A stretch of DNA of 64,000 nucleotides from assembly GCA_034722275.1 (NCBI GenBank), contig JAYENW010000001.1:122825-186824 (forward strand), in the 5' to 3' direction. Position numbers and translations under genes: made by a program. The stretch is from Chloroflexota bacterium. Its GTDB lineage: Bacteria; Chloroflexota; Dehalococcoidia; GIF9; AB-539-J10. Shown here piece by piece: positions 27,575 to 37,168 of this stretch. Below the pieces are notes generated by a model, which worked only from the letters and a program-made list of their open reading frames with translations, had not been told where the DNA came from and searched no databases. Positions within the stretch are counted from its first letter, which is position 1, and the number at the start of each line of letters is the position of its first letter.

Positions 27575-28834
27575 CTAAATTTGATTCTCTATGCAATATT
27601 CTCTTAAGCCATTCAAGGAAGAGAAGAATTCCCGCATCATTGCATTTACAGGATACATCCCTTTTTGCGTTACACTTATCTTCCCACTTTCTTCCTGCAC
27701 TAAACCGAAGAGCTTGAGAAACAGCAGTTCCCTTCTTAATTTCTTGTGTATGTCAGCATTAAACTTCTGGCGAAATTTCCCTGTATCCAGCTTCATCCCG
27801 AATAGTTTTGACAAAAGATAATAATACATTAATTCATGATCAGATAGTTTGCGCCACCGAATTATGGGAAGTTTATTTTGTGTTACCAAGTCCTCATATC
27901 TATCCAAGGAGAATGAGTTCACATAAAACTTTCCCTGGAGGAGGCTTACAGATCCGGAGCCTATGCCGATATAATCATCGAAGTCAACCACGTATTCATC
28001 TATCATCCTTTCACCTTTGGAAAAACACCACACAGTAGAAGCATCATATCCGTTGGCGTGAATGTTTTTCAGGATAATGTTGTAAAAACTCCTCTCTCGA
28101 GATGTGTCTATCTGGTTGAATCTTCGCTCCATGGCATCTCTTTTATGTGGAGAAGGCATCAGGGGATAGAATGTAGCCTGGTCTACATCTAAGCTTTTTA
28201 AAATCTCCATGTCTGTCTGAAACTTCGCAATGGATTGCGAAGGGAAATTGAATATAAAATCTAGATTAAGGGTATCAAACTTACCTTTAGCGATTAAAAC
28301 CCTTTCTTTTAGCTCTTCCCCATCGCAGAATGCTCTCCCCATGGTTTTCAATATGTTATTGTCGAAACTCTGTATTCCAATGGAGAATCTGTTAATCCCG
28401 GCGTTTTTTAGAAGGTCCACATTCTCCTCATTTACTTCACGTGGTGTTGTTTCTACAGAAATCTGTTTTACCTCAAAGTTTCTTTTGAGGTAATTTATGA
28501 ATTCAAGTAACTCATCTATCAGTACAGTCGGAGTTCCGCCGCCGAAGTAGAATGTCGAGAAGTTGAAACCCTTTTGAATGTAAAGGTCAAGCTCTTTTTT
28601 TAGGTGCTTAAAGTATTTTCTTGCTTTATCCTCGCTGAACAAACATCTATTAAAACAACAATAAGGGCACAGACTCCTACAAAAGGGAATGTGGATGTAA
28701 AGGGAAATTCCCTGGTCATTCTCCATCCCAGAGCCGATGACTTCCGTTTCCTCGATTGTCTCGCTTAGCTTTAGGAATTTCTTCCCTTCGCGGTGTGTAA
28801 CCCATCCCAGAAATCTCGAGAGCATTTTGATCAA
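27575..28834 (-). CDS. HemN-like (class C) radical SAM protein
   Basis: LYIHIPFCRSLCPYCCFN (CxxxCxxC) and FGGGTPTVL, with a HemN_C-like tail. Convergent with the prenyltransferase gene, 3 nt apart. Confidence 0.78.
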   Translation of the reverse strand: MIKMLSRFLGWVTHREGKKFLKLSETIEETEVIGSGMENDQGISLYIHIPFCRSLCPYCCFNRCLFSEDKARKYFKHLKKELDLYIQKGFNFSTFYFGGGTPTVLIDELLEFINYLKRNFEVKQISVETTPREVNEENVDLLKNAGINRFSIGIQSFDNNILKTMGRAFCDGEELKERVLIAKGKFDTLNLDFIFNFPSQSIAKFQTDMEILKSLDVDQATFYPLMPSPHKRDAMERRFNQIDTSRERSFYNIILKNIHANGYDASTVWCFSKGERMIDEYVVDFDDYIGIGSGSVSLLQGKFYVNSFSLDRYEDLVTQNKLPIIRWRKLSDHELMYYYLLSKLFGMKLDTGKFRQKFNADIHKKLRRELLFLKLFGLVQEESGKISVTQKGMYPVNAMMREFFSSLNGLREYCIENQI

Positions 28835-28880
28835 AATTTCCTCAATGAATAATCAGTTCTCTGTTAGAGTAGCAACTGCA

Positions 28881-29324
28881 CTATGCCCACCACCAGGCAA
28901 GGAGAATTCCCAATGCCGCCCCAACTATAACCTGGAATCGAGTATGCCCTACCAGGTTTTGCATGAAATGTTCAAACTCGGGTGTTGTCTTGGGAAAACT
29001 TGTTAACAGGTGGTTGAGCACCACAGATTGCTTGTCTACTGTTTGTCGCACGCCAGCAGCATCATACATTACTATCACAGCTAGAATGGCGCTGACGGCA
29101 AAAATGCCTGAATCTACCCCATATACTACGCCCGCAGTTGTTGCTAAAGCGCAGACCAGAGCAGCATGGGCACTGGGCATTCCTCCGGCACTGACCATAT
29201 AATGCAAATTTAAATGTTTCTCCCTTATCGATTGAATGATTACTTTCAATCCCTGAGTTACAAGCCAGGTAGCGATAGGAATGATTAATACCTTCATGGC
29301 TATAATTTGATTCAGGATACTCAT
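28881..29324 (-). CDS. Divergent PAP2-family (DUF212) membrane protein
   Basis: 147 aa; GGMPSAHAALVCAL and the MYDAAGVR...GHT pattern are typical of the acid phosphatase/vanadium haloperoxidase-related family. Confidence 0.7.
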   Translation of the reverse strand: MSILNQIIAMKVLIIPIATWLVTQGLKVIIQSIREKHLNLHYMVSAGGMPSAHAALVCALATTAGVVYGVDSGIFAVSAILAVIVMYDAAGVRQTVDKQSVVLNHLLTSFPKTTPEFEHFMQNLVGHTRFQVIVGAALGILLAWWWA

Positions 29325-29469
29325 ATTTACCTTGCTTTGTTTATCAATTTACTTTTTGGGATTAGTCCTTAATCTTATCTGCTTTTCGGGCTTCTTTACA
29401 AATTGTGTGCTTTGCAGGTGGAATTATTAGAAGGGGTTAATTTATAATAAGTGTCAACTCAAATAATAA

Positions 29470-30501
<1,032 letters not shown>

Positions 30502-30544
30502 AAATCTCCTCGGTGATGAATTCATATTGTGATGCAAAGTCTTG

Positions 30545-31264
30545 ATGAAAAAGCTAATTGAAGGGGCCGGTAGGCTGGGCATAAAGCTCAGTGCCGGGCA
30601 GGTGAAGCAGTTTGAGCGTTATTATCAAGAATTAATTGAGTGGAACAACAAATTTAACCTCACCTCAATAACAGATTATCACCAGGTTCAGATTAAACAC
30701 TTCCTTGATTCCTTAACTGTTGTTTTGGCCTTAACTAACAAGGAGTTAAGCCAGCCAAACCTCAGCATCATTGATATTGGCACAGGTGCTGGATTTCCCG
30801 GTGTGCCCCTAAAGATTTTTCTTGGTAAGCCAAGATTGGTGGTTATTGAATCCATCGCCAAGAAGGCGACTTTTCTTCGCCACCTTGTCTCTGAATTGGA
30901 ACTAGAGGGCACTGAAGTGGTGCCGGGCCGAGCAGAGGAGATAGCTCACTCCTTACTATACCGCGAACAATTTGGCTTAGCTGTCTCCCGCGCCGTGGCT
31001 TTATTGCCTTCCTTGGTGGAGTTGGCTTTGCCTTTTTGTCAGGTTGGTGGGAAGTTTGTTGCTCAAAAGAAAGGGGACATCAGCCAGGAAATAGCCCTGG
31101 CAAATAGAGCTATTGCTAATTTGGGAGGTAAATTAGGGCAGATAAAGCCAATAACATTGGAAGAACTTGGAGATAGGCGTTATTTGGTAATTCTTGATAA
31201 AATATACCCAACACCGGAGAAATATCCGCGTCGTCCTGGATTAGTAAAGCGGCGTCCAATCTAG
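30545..31264 (+). CDS. rsmG: 16S rRNA (guanine527-N7)-methyltransferase RsmG
   Basis: WNNKFNLTSI, HFLDSL and SAM motif DIGTGAGFPGVPLKI. Confidence 0.88.
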   Translation: MKKLIEGAGRLGIKLSAGQVKQFERYYQELIEWNNKFNLTSITDYHQVQIKHFLDSLTVVLALTNKELSQPNLSIIDIGTGAGFPGVPLKIFLGKPRLVVIESIAKKATFLRHLVSELELEGTEVVPGRAEEIAHSLLYREQFGLAVSRAVALLPSLVELALPFCQVGGKFVAQKKGDISQEIALANRAIANLGGKLGQIKPITLEELGDRRYLVILDKIYPTPEKYPRRPGLVKRRPI

Positions 31265-31277
31265 GAGGTGATGGAAA

Positions 31278-31463
31278 ATGTGGCGCAGAAGATCCTGGAA
31301 ATTTTACTTTGGCTTTCCTCCCTTTGGTTTCTATTTTCATGGGTTAAAACCATTTCCCGATAAGCAAGAATACCTCGATATGCTTCAAGAGTATAAGGGG
31401 GAACTTGAAGAGGAACTAAAGGAGGTGGAAAAGGAAATAGAAGAAGTAAGAAAGAGCCCTTAA
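31278..31463 (+). CDS. Small protein with aromatic/Gly/Pro-rich head and acidic coiled-coil tail (DUF5320-like)
   Basis: MWRRRSWKFYFGFPPFGFYFHG... followed by QEYLDMLQEYKGELEEELKEVEKEIEEV. The family assignment is tentative. Confidence 0.45.
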   Translation: MWRRRSWKFYFGFPPFGFYFHGLKPFPDKQEYLDMLQEYKGELEEELKEVEKEIEEVRKSP

Positions 31464-31483
31464 GTAAGGGAAGAAAGGGGAAA

Positions 31484-31738
31484 ATGAACAATTCTTTTAA
31501 TGAGGAAGAGCAAATGGGTATAGAGGATGACCTGGAGATGCTCCGCGAAGATTTAATAGGTGAACTACAGGCCATTAACCAGTATCAGGAACATATCGAA
31601 AGCTTGGAGAATGAGGAGGCTGTGGCTATATTAGAACATATTCTTGAAGAGGAGAAGGAGCACGTTGCCGAGTTGCTGGCGTTAATTCAGAAGATTGATC
31701 CCGTTCAAGCAGAAAAATTCAAGCAGCACATTTTATGA
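31484..31738 (+). CDS. EncFtn-like mini-ferritin (encapsulated-ferritin fold, no targeting tail)
   Basis: LIGELQAINQYQEHIESL...AILEHILEEEKEHVAELLALIQKIDP matches the EncFtn pattern (EELEAxxxY ... ILxHxxDEEKEHAAMLLEW..R.DP), including the Glu / ExxH metal ligands. Confidence 0.65.
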   Translation: MNNSFNEEEQMGIEDDLEMLREDLIGELQAINQYQEHIESLENEEAVAILEHILEEEKEHVAELLALIQKIDPVQAEKFKQHIL

Positions 31739-31903
31739 GTATAATGGCATCTGGATGAAGACAGCCTCTTATTTTTCTCAGGGCAAAAAGCTCTTTTAAT
31801 TATCCGCAGCTTATTTGATGGAGGGCATGGGGTTGACCACTTCTGAAATGTGAGCCAGAGATAAATGAGCGCGGATAGTTTACATGGAAGGAGACAATAA
31901 CTG

Positions 31904-33169
31904 TTGAATGTATTGATTATTGGTGGCGGTGCCAGGGAGCACACGCTGGTGTGGAAGATTGCTCAGAGTCCTAGGGTTGACAAAATTTTTGTTGCTCCGG
32001 GAAATGCGGGAACAACATTTGTAGCCGAAAATTTGAACATCCCCCCCGTTGATATAGAATCCCTGGCTAAAGCGGCTGAAGATAAAAAAGTTGACCTTGT
32101 TATCGTTGGCCCCGAGGTGCCACTGGCTTCAGGCATAGTAGATTACTTTAATGGTTTAGATATCCCTATTTTTGGGCCCACTAAAGTGGCAACTCAGATA
32201 GAATCAAGCAAAGTTTTCGCCAGAAACTTGATGGAAAAGTATGGCATTCCTTGCCCTAAAGGAGTCGTCTTCTCCTCTTATCCCAAGGCTCAAGTATATC
32301 TTGACAAACAAGAGATGCCCATTGTCATCAAAGCAGATGGTTTGGCCGCTGGCAAGGGCGTAATTATCGCTGACTCCCTTGAAGAAGCTAACAAGGCTCT
32401 TAGCGACATTATGAAAGCAAAAAAATTTGGCTCTGCTGGAGATAAGGTAATCATTGACGAATATGTTACTGGCCGAGAGGTAAGCCTCATAGCTTTCACC
32501 GATGGTAAAACGGTCTCACCCATGCTTCCTGCGTGTGACTATAAGAAAGTTTGGGATAATGAGCAAGGTCCCAATACCGGTGGCATGGGCAGCTACAGCC
32601 CTCCGGGATTTTTCTCCACCGAGCTCATAGAAAAAGTTACCAACAATATTTTGCTGCCCACAATAAGAGCGATGACTGATGAAGGTATGCCTTACAAAGG
32701 AGTGCTATATGCTGGGTTGATGGTAAATAACGGGGAGATATTGACGCTGGAATTCAATGCCCGCTTTGGCGATCCTGAGACTCAGGTTATTCTGCCCTTG
32801 CTGAAAACCGACTTAATAGATATAATTCTGGCAGTAATCCAGGGCAATCTTGACCAGTTGAAAATAGAATGGGATACTGGAGCTTGTGTCGGAGTGGTTA
32901 TGGCTTCAGCTGGCTATCCTGGCAGCTACAAAACTGGCTTTCCCATAAAAGGTTTGGACAACATAGGTAAAGATTTGCTAGTCTTCCATGCGGGAACTAA
33001 ACTGAGCAATGATGGCAAAGTTTACACCAATGGTGGGCGGGTGCTTACGGGAGTGGCCATGGGTGAGAATTTGGCTGAAGCCCAGGCAAAGGTTTATCGT
33101 AATATTTCTAGCATCTCATTTGATGGCTGTCATTATCGTAGGGATATCGCTTTAAGGGAGATAGCCTGA
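31904..33169 (+). CDS. purD: Phosphoribosylamine-glycine ligase
   Basis: VLIIGGGAREH, VAPGNAG, the ATP-grasp core, GPNTGGMGSYSP and EFNARFGDPE. TTG start. Confidence 0.93.
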   Translation: MNVLIIGGGAREHTLVWKIAQSPRVDKIFVAPGNAGTTFVAENLNIPPVDIESLAKAAEDKKVDLVIVGPEVPLASGIVDYFNGLDIPIFGPTKVATQIESSKVFARNLMEKYGIPCPKGVVFSSYPKAQVYLDKQEMPIVIKADGLAAGKGVIIADSLEEANKALSDIMKAKKFGSAGDKVIIDEYVTGREVSLIAFTDGKTVSPMLPACDYKKVWDNEQGPNTGGMGSYSPPGFFSTELIEKVTNNILLPTIRAMTDEGMPYKGVLYAGLMVNNGEILTLEFNARFGDPETQVILPLLKTDLIDIILAVIQGNLDQLKIEWDTGACVGVVMASAGYPGSYKTGFPIKGLDNIGKDLLVFHAGTKLSNDGKVYTNGGRVLTGVAMGENLAEAQAKVYRNISSISFDGCHYRRDIALREIA

Positions 33170-33628
33170 ATGGCATTAGTGGGCGTTGTTATCGGCAGTA
33201 AAACAGATGAGGAGATGATTGAGGCAGCCTTGGGGATACTGCAAAAGCTGGGCATTGATTATGAACTCTCTGTTATTTCAGGGCATAGAAATCCAGAGAA
33301 AGTCCGAGAATATGGCTTGCAGGCAGCGGAGCGAGGCATAGAAGTTATTATTGCTGCCGCGGGTTATGCGGCGCATCTTCCCGGCATTCTAGCTAGCTGG
33401 ACAACATTGCCTGTTATCGGTGTCCCTTTAGCCACGAGCGATTTGAAGGGGGTAGATGCTCTGCTCTCTATAAGTCAGATGCCTTCCGGGGTTCCTGTGG
33501 CTTGCGTCGGTATTGGCGAAAGTGGTGTTAAGAATGCTGCCTTACTTGCTGCCCAGATTTTAAGTACAGGGCATGCTGAAATAAAAGAGGCTTACCGTAA
33601 ATATAAAATGGAGCTAGGAGATAGATAA
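33170..33628 (+). CDS. purE: PurE (N5-CAIR mutase / AIR carboxylase family)
   Basis: VGVVIGSKTDEE, SGHRNPEK, AAGYAAHLPG and VIGVPL. Confidence 0.9.
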   Translation: MALVGVVIGSKTDEEMIEAALGILQKLGIDYELSVISGHRNPEKVREYGLQAAERGIEVIIAAAGYAAHLPGILASWTTLPVIGVPLATSDLKGVDALLSISQMPSGVPVACVGIGESGVKNAALLAAQILSTGHAEIKEAYRKYKMELGDR

Positions 33629-33630
33629 TC

Positions 33631-34947
33631 ATGATTGAACGTTACTCTAGACCACAGATGAAGAAAATCTGGTCTGAAGAGAATAAATTTGACCAATGGC
33701 TGAAGGTGGAGGTGGCTGTATGTGAAGCCTGGGCTGAGTTGGGTGAGATTTCTCAGGAAGATGTGTCCAAAATAAGGAAGGCCAGCTATAATCTGGACCG
33801 CGTGGCCGATTTCCTCAAGGTAACCCATCACGATATGACAGCTTTTACGAGTGCAGTTTCCGAAAGCCTGGGTGAGGAATCTCGCTTCCTACACCTTGGT
33901 CTCACCTCCTCAGACGTGATGGATACTGCTCTGGGCTTGCAATTGAAGGAAGCTGCCGAACTCCTCGTGCAGGGTGTAGCTGAGCTTATTTCTATTCTGA
34001 AAAACAAGGCTATAAAACATAAATACACCATTATGATGGGGCGAACACATGGTGTCCATGCTGAGCCCACCACTCTGGGTTTGAAGATGGCTCTTTGGAG
34101 AGAAGAAATGAAGCGCAATGCCCGGAGACTGGCTGAAGCCAAGGAAATCGTCTCCGTTGGCAAAATATCGGGAGCGGTGGGCACTTATGCTACTGTGCCC
34201 CCTGAGGTGGAAAAGATAGCTTGTGCTAAGTTAGGGCTGGCGCCAGCTCCAATATCCAGTCAGATAGTCCAGCGCGACCGCCATGCCCAATTTGTAACTA
34301 CTCTGGCTCTGATTGCCAGCTCCCTGGAAAAGTTCGCCACTGAAATCAGAGGGCTTCAGAGGACTGAAGTTTTGGAGCTTGAAGAACCTTTTGAAGCTGG
34401 ACAAACAGGCTCTTCAGCGATGCCCCACAAGCGAAATCCTGAGCTTTGCGAACGTACTTGCGGACTGGCACGATTAATTCGGGGATATGCATTGACTTCC
34501 ATGGAAAATATAGCTCTGTGGCATGAACGTGACATCAGCCATTCGTCGGCAGAGCGCCTCATCTTGCCTGACTCTTGCCTGGCATTGGATTATGTGCTGT
34601 CCATATCCACCTGGGTGATGAAGGGACTCAAAGTTTATCCTGAGAACATACAGCGCAACCTTGGTCTCACTAAGGGTTTGATCTTCTCTCAAAGAGTACT
34701 TCTGGCTTTAATAAATAAAGGTGCAGGTCGAGAAGAGGCATATAGAATGGTGCAGGATAATGCTATGAAAGCCTGGCAGGAAAGAATTAGCTTCCTGGAT
34801 CTACTTGAGTCTGATGAGCATATTCTGGCTTATCTGTCCAAACCTGAATTGGAATCTCTGTTTGACTACAACTATTACCTGAGATATGTCGACAGCATTT
34901 TTGAACGCCTGGAGTTAAAAGGAAGTTCAGCTCCTACCCAAAGCTAA
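33631..34947 (+). CDS. purB: Adenylosuccinate lyase
   Basis: RYSRPQMKKIWSEENK and the fumarate-lyase signature GQTGSSAMPHKRNP. Confidence 0.93.
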   Translation: MIERYSRPQMKKIWSEENKFDQWLKVEVAVCEAWAELGEISQEDVSKIRKASYNLDRVADFLKVTHHDMTAFTSAVSESLGEESRFLHLGLTSSDVMDTALGLQLKEAAELLVQGVAELISILKNKAIKHKYTIMMGRTHGVHAEPTTLGLKMALWREEMKRNARRLAEAKEIVSVGKISGAVGTYATVPPEVEKIACAKLGLAPAPISSQIVQRDRHAQFVTTLALIASSLEKFATEIRGLQRTEVLELEEPFEAGQTGSSAMPHKRNPELCERTCGLARLIRGYALTSMENIALWHERDISHSSAERLILPDSCLALDYVLSISTWVMKGLKVYPENIQRNLGLTKGLIFSQRVLLALINKGAGREEAYRMVQDNAMKAWQERISFLDLLESDEHILAYLSKPELESLFDYNYYLRYVDSIFERLELKGSSAPTQS

Positions 34948-34964
34948 TTAGAGGGAACTAGACA

Positions 34965-35870
34965 ATGAAGATTGTATTGAAGACCAGCTTACCTCTTCCT
35001 TTATTCCGCCGCGGCAAAGTAAGGGATATTTACGATTTGGGTGATAAATTGCTTATAGTGTCTACCGATCGCATTTCTGCTTTTGATGTTGTGCTACCCT
35101 GCGGCATTCCCGACAAGGGTAAGGTGCTTAATCAACTTTCAGCTTTCTGGTTTGAAAAAACAAAGAATATCATGCCTAACCACCTTATTAAAGTAGTCGA
35201 TGGCGACCTCACTCTGAACGATGTGGAAAGTCTTTCGGACTATTCTGGTGAGTTACCTGACTATCTTCTGGGTCGCTCTATGCTTGTGAGTAAAGCTGAA
35301 CGCATCTCGGTGGAATGCGTCGTTCGGGGTTATCTGGCAGGCTCGGCGTGGGTGGAATATAGGGAGACAGGAAAGGTTGGTGAGGATCTTTTACCTTCAG
35401 GGATGAAAGAAAGTCAAGAATTACCTCACACCATCTTCACTCCCACTACTAAGAGTGATACAGAGCATGACCGTCCTCTAACTGAAGGGGATATAGAAAG
35501 CCTTGGCATTAAGTACTTGCTTGAAGAATTAAAAGAGAAGAGCTTACTCGTTTATGACTATGCCCGGGATTATGCCAGAAGCAGGGGCATTATCATCGCT
35601 GATACCAAATTTGAATTTGGTATCATAAATGGAAAGCTGGCCATTGTGGATGAATTGCTGACACCTGATTCCAGCCGCTTCTGGAGCATCAGTCAATATA
35701 AGGTTGGTTTTTGCCAGTCCAGCCTTGATAAGCAGCCAGTGCGTGATTGGCTGACAGCGTCAGGGTGGGATAAGGAACCGCCAGCTCCTATGTTGCCGCA
35801 GGAGGTGGTTGAAGGGACAACAAGAAGATATCGCGAAGTCTATAGCAAACTGACCGGACAGACTATCTGA
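34965..35870 (+). CDS. purC: SAICAR synthase
   Basis: GKVRDIYDLGDKLLIVSTDRISAFD and IIIADTKFEFG. Confidence 0.92.
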   Translation: MKIVLKTSLPLPLFRRGKVRDIYDLGDKLLIVSTDRISAFDVVLPCGIPDKGKVLNQLSAFWFEKTKNIMPNHLIKVVDGDLTLNDVESLSDYSGELPDYLLGRSMLVSKAERISVECVVRGYLAGSAWVEYRETGKVGEDLLPSGMKESQELPHTIFTPTTKSDTEHDRPLTEGDIESLGIKYLLEELKEKSLLVYDYARDYARSRGIIIADTKFEFGIINGKLAIVDELLTPDSSRFWSISQYKVGFCQSSLDKQPVRDWLTASGWDKEPPAPMLPQEVVEGTTRRYREVYSKLTGQTI

Positions 35871-35893
35871 ATGAACATGCGAGGAGTTCTGAA

Positions 35894-36142
35894 ATGTACT
35901 TAGCTAAAGTTTATATTATCTTAAAGCCTACAGTTAATGACCCTCAGGGCTTGACTATCAAAGGGGCGTTGCATAACTTGGGCTTCAGCGAAGTAACCAG
36001 CGTTCGGGCAGGCAAGTATATAGAAATGAAGATAGATCAAGATAGGCAAGATAAAGCCCGAGGAGAGATTGACCAGATGTGCCGCAAGTTGCTAGCCAAT
36101 CCTGTTATTGAGGACTACTCCTTCAGCTTAGAGGAAATTTAG
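35894..36142 (+). CDS. purS: FGAM synthase subunit PurS
   Basis: 82 aa; VYIILKPTVNDPQGLTIKGALHNLGF and LANPVIEDYSF. Confidence 0.88.
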   Translation: MYLAKVYIILKPTVNDPQGLTIKGALHNLGFSEVTSVRAGKYIEMKIDQDRQDKARGEIDQMCRKLLANPVIEDYSFSLEEI

Positions 36143-36238
36143 CGCCTAAGCTCTTTTCTGTGACGCTTTCGCTCCATTTGTAACTCAAGAATGGTATGCT
36201 AAACTTATAGTACCAAGCTCATAGCCCGGGGGTAATGA

Positions 36239-37168
36239 ATGAAAAGAGATTTGCTTTCGATATCTGATCTCAGTTGTGAGGAAATTGAGCAGCTTATCAA
36301 AGAAGCTCTCATGATAAAGCAAAAAGGTACGTCTCACTCTCTTTCAGGAAAGGTTTTAGCTCTTCTTTTTGAGAAACCTTCCTTGCGCACTAAGACTAGC
36401 TTTGAGGTGGCCATGCATCACATGGGTGGAGACGCTGTTTATCTGTCTCCAGGCGAGGTGGGCTTGGGTGAACGGGAGCAAGTTTCTGATGTGGCCAGAA
36501 CGCTCAGTCGTTACGTTGATGGTATCGCTACACGCACATTTTCTCACGATACGTTGTGCACTCTGGCTGAGTATTCATCTGTGCCTGTTATCAATGCGCT
36601 GTCTGATTGGGAACACCCCTGTCAGGCACTCTCTGACCTGCTTACTATATATGAAAAAAAAGGCAGGCTCTCAAGATTAACCATGGCGTTTATTGGCGAT
36701 GGTAATAATGTAGCTAATAGTTTGTTTCTTGCTGCTTCGCTTGTGGGCATGAATTTCTCTATTGCCTCTCCTTCGGCTTATGAGATCAACCAAGAGGTAT
36801 TAGCCCGAGGCAAAGAGCTTGCTATTTCCAGCGGCAGCAAGGTCAAGCTGACTGATAAACCTTATGAGGCAGTTAAAGATGCTGATGTGGTATACACTGA
36901 TGTGTGGACTAGTATGGGCCAAGAAGCTGAAGCAGAGAAGCGACGCGTTGTTTTTTCCGGTTATCAGGTAAATCATAAATTGTTGGACTTGGCTAAACAG
37001 GATGTTTTATTTATGCATCCTTTGCCTGCCCACCATGGAGAAGAGATTTCGATAAATTTACTGGATGATTCCAGGTCGGTGGTCTTTGATCAGGCGGAGA
37101 ATAGGCTTCACCTCCAAAAGGCGCTGTTAGTCAAAATGCTTTTGTCATTGGGGATATTGATGAAATGA
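36239..37168 (+). CDS. argF: Ornithine carbamoyltransferase
   Basis: FEKPSLRTKTSFE (S-x-R-T), HPCQALSD, DVWTSMG and HPLPAHHGEE (HxLP). Confidence 0.9.
   Translation: MKRDLLSISDLSCEEIEQLIKEALMIKQKGTSHSLSGKVLALLFEKPSLRTKTSFEVAMHHMGGDAVYLSPGEVGLGEREQVSDVARTLSRYVDGIATRTFSHDTLCTLAEYSSVPVINALSDWEHPCQALSDLLTIYEKKGRLSRLTMAFIGDGNNVANSLFLAASLVGMNFSIASPSAYEINQEVLARGKELAISSGSKVKLTDKPYEAVKDADVVYTDVWTSMGQEAEAEKRRVVFSGYQVNHKLLDLAKQDVLFMHPLPAHHGEEISINLLDDSRSVVFDQAENRLHLQKALLVKMLLSLGILMK

Noticed and set aside
31739-31903. Possible purine or ZTP riboswitch in the purD leader
   Set aside because: I could not find the conserved purine-riboswitch junction sequences or the ZTP GGGUCGUGACUGGCG / CCGCCUGGGCA elements by eye. 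A covariance-model scan would be needed to be sure.
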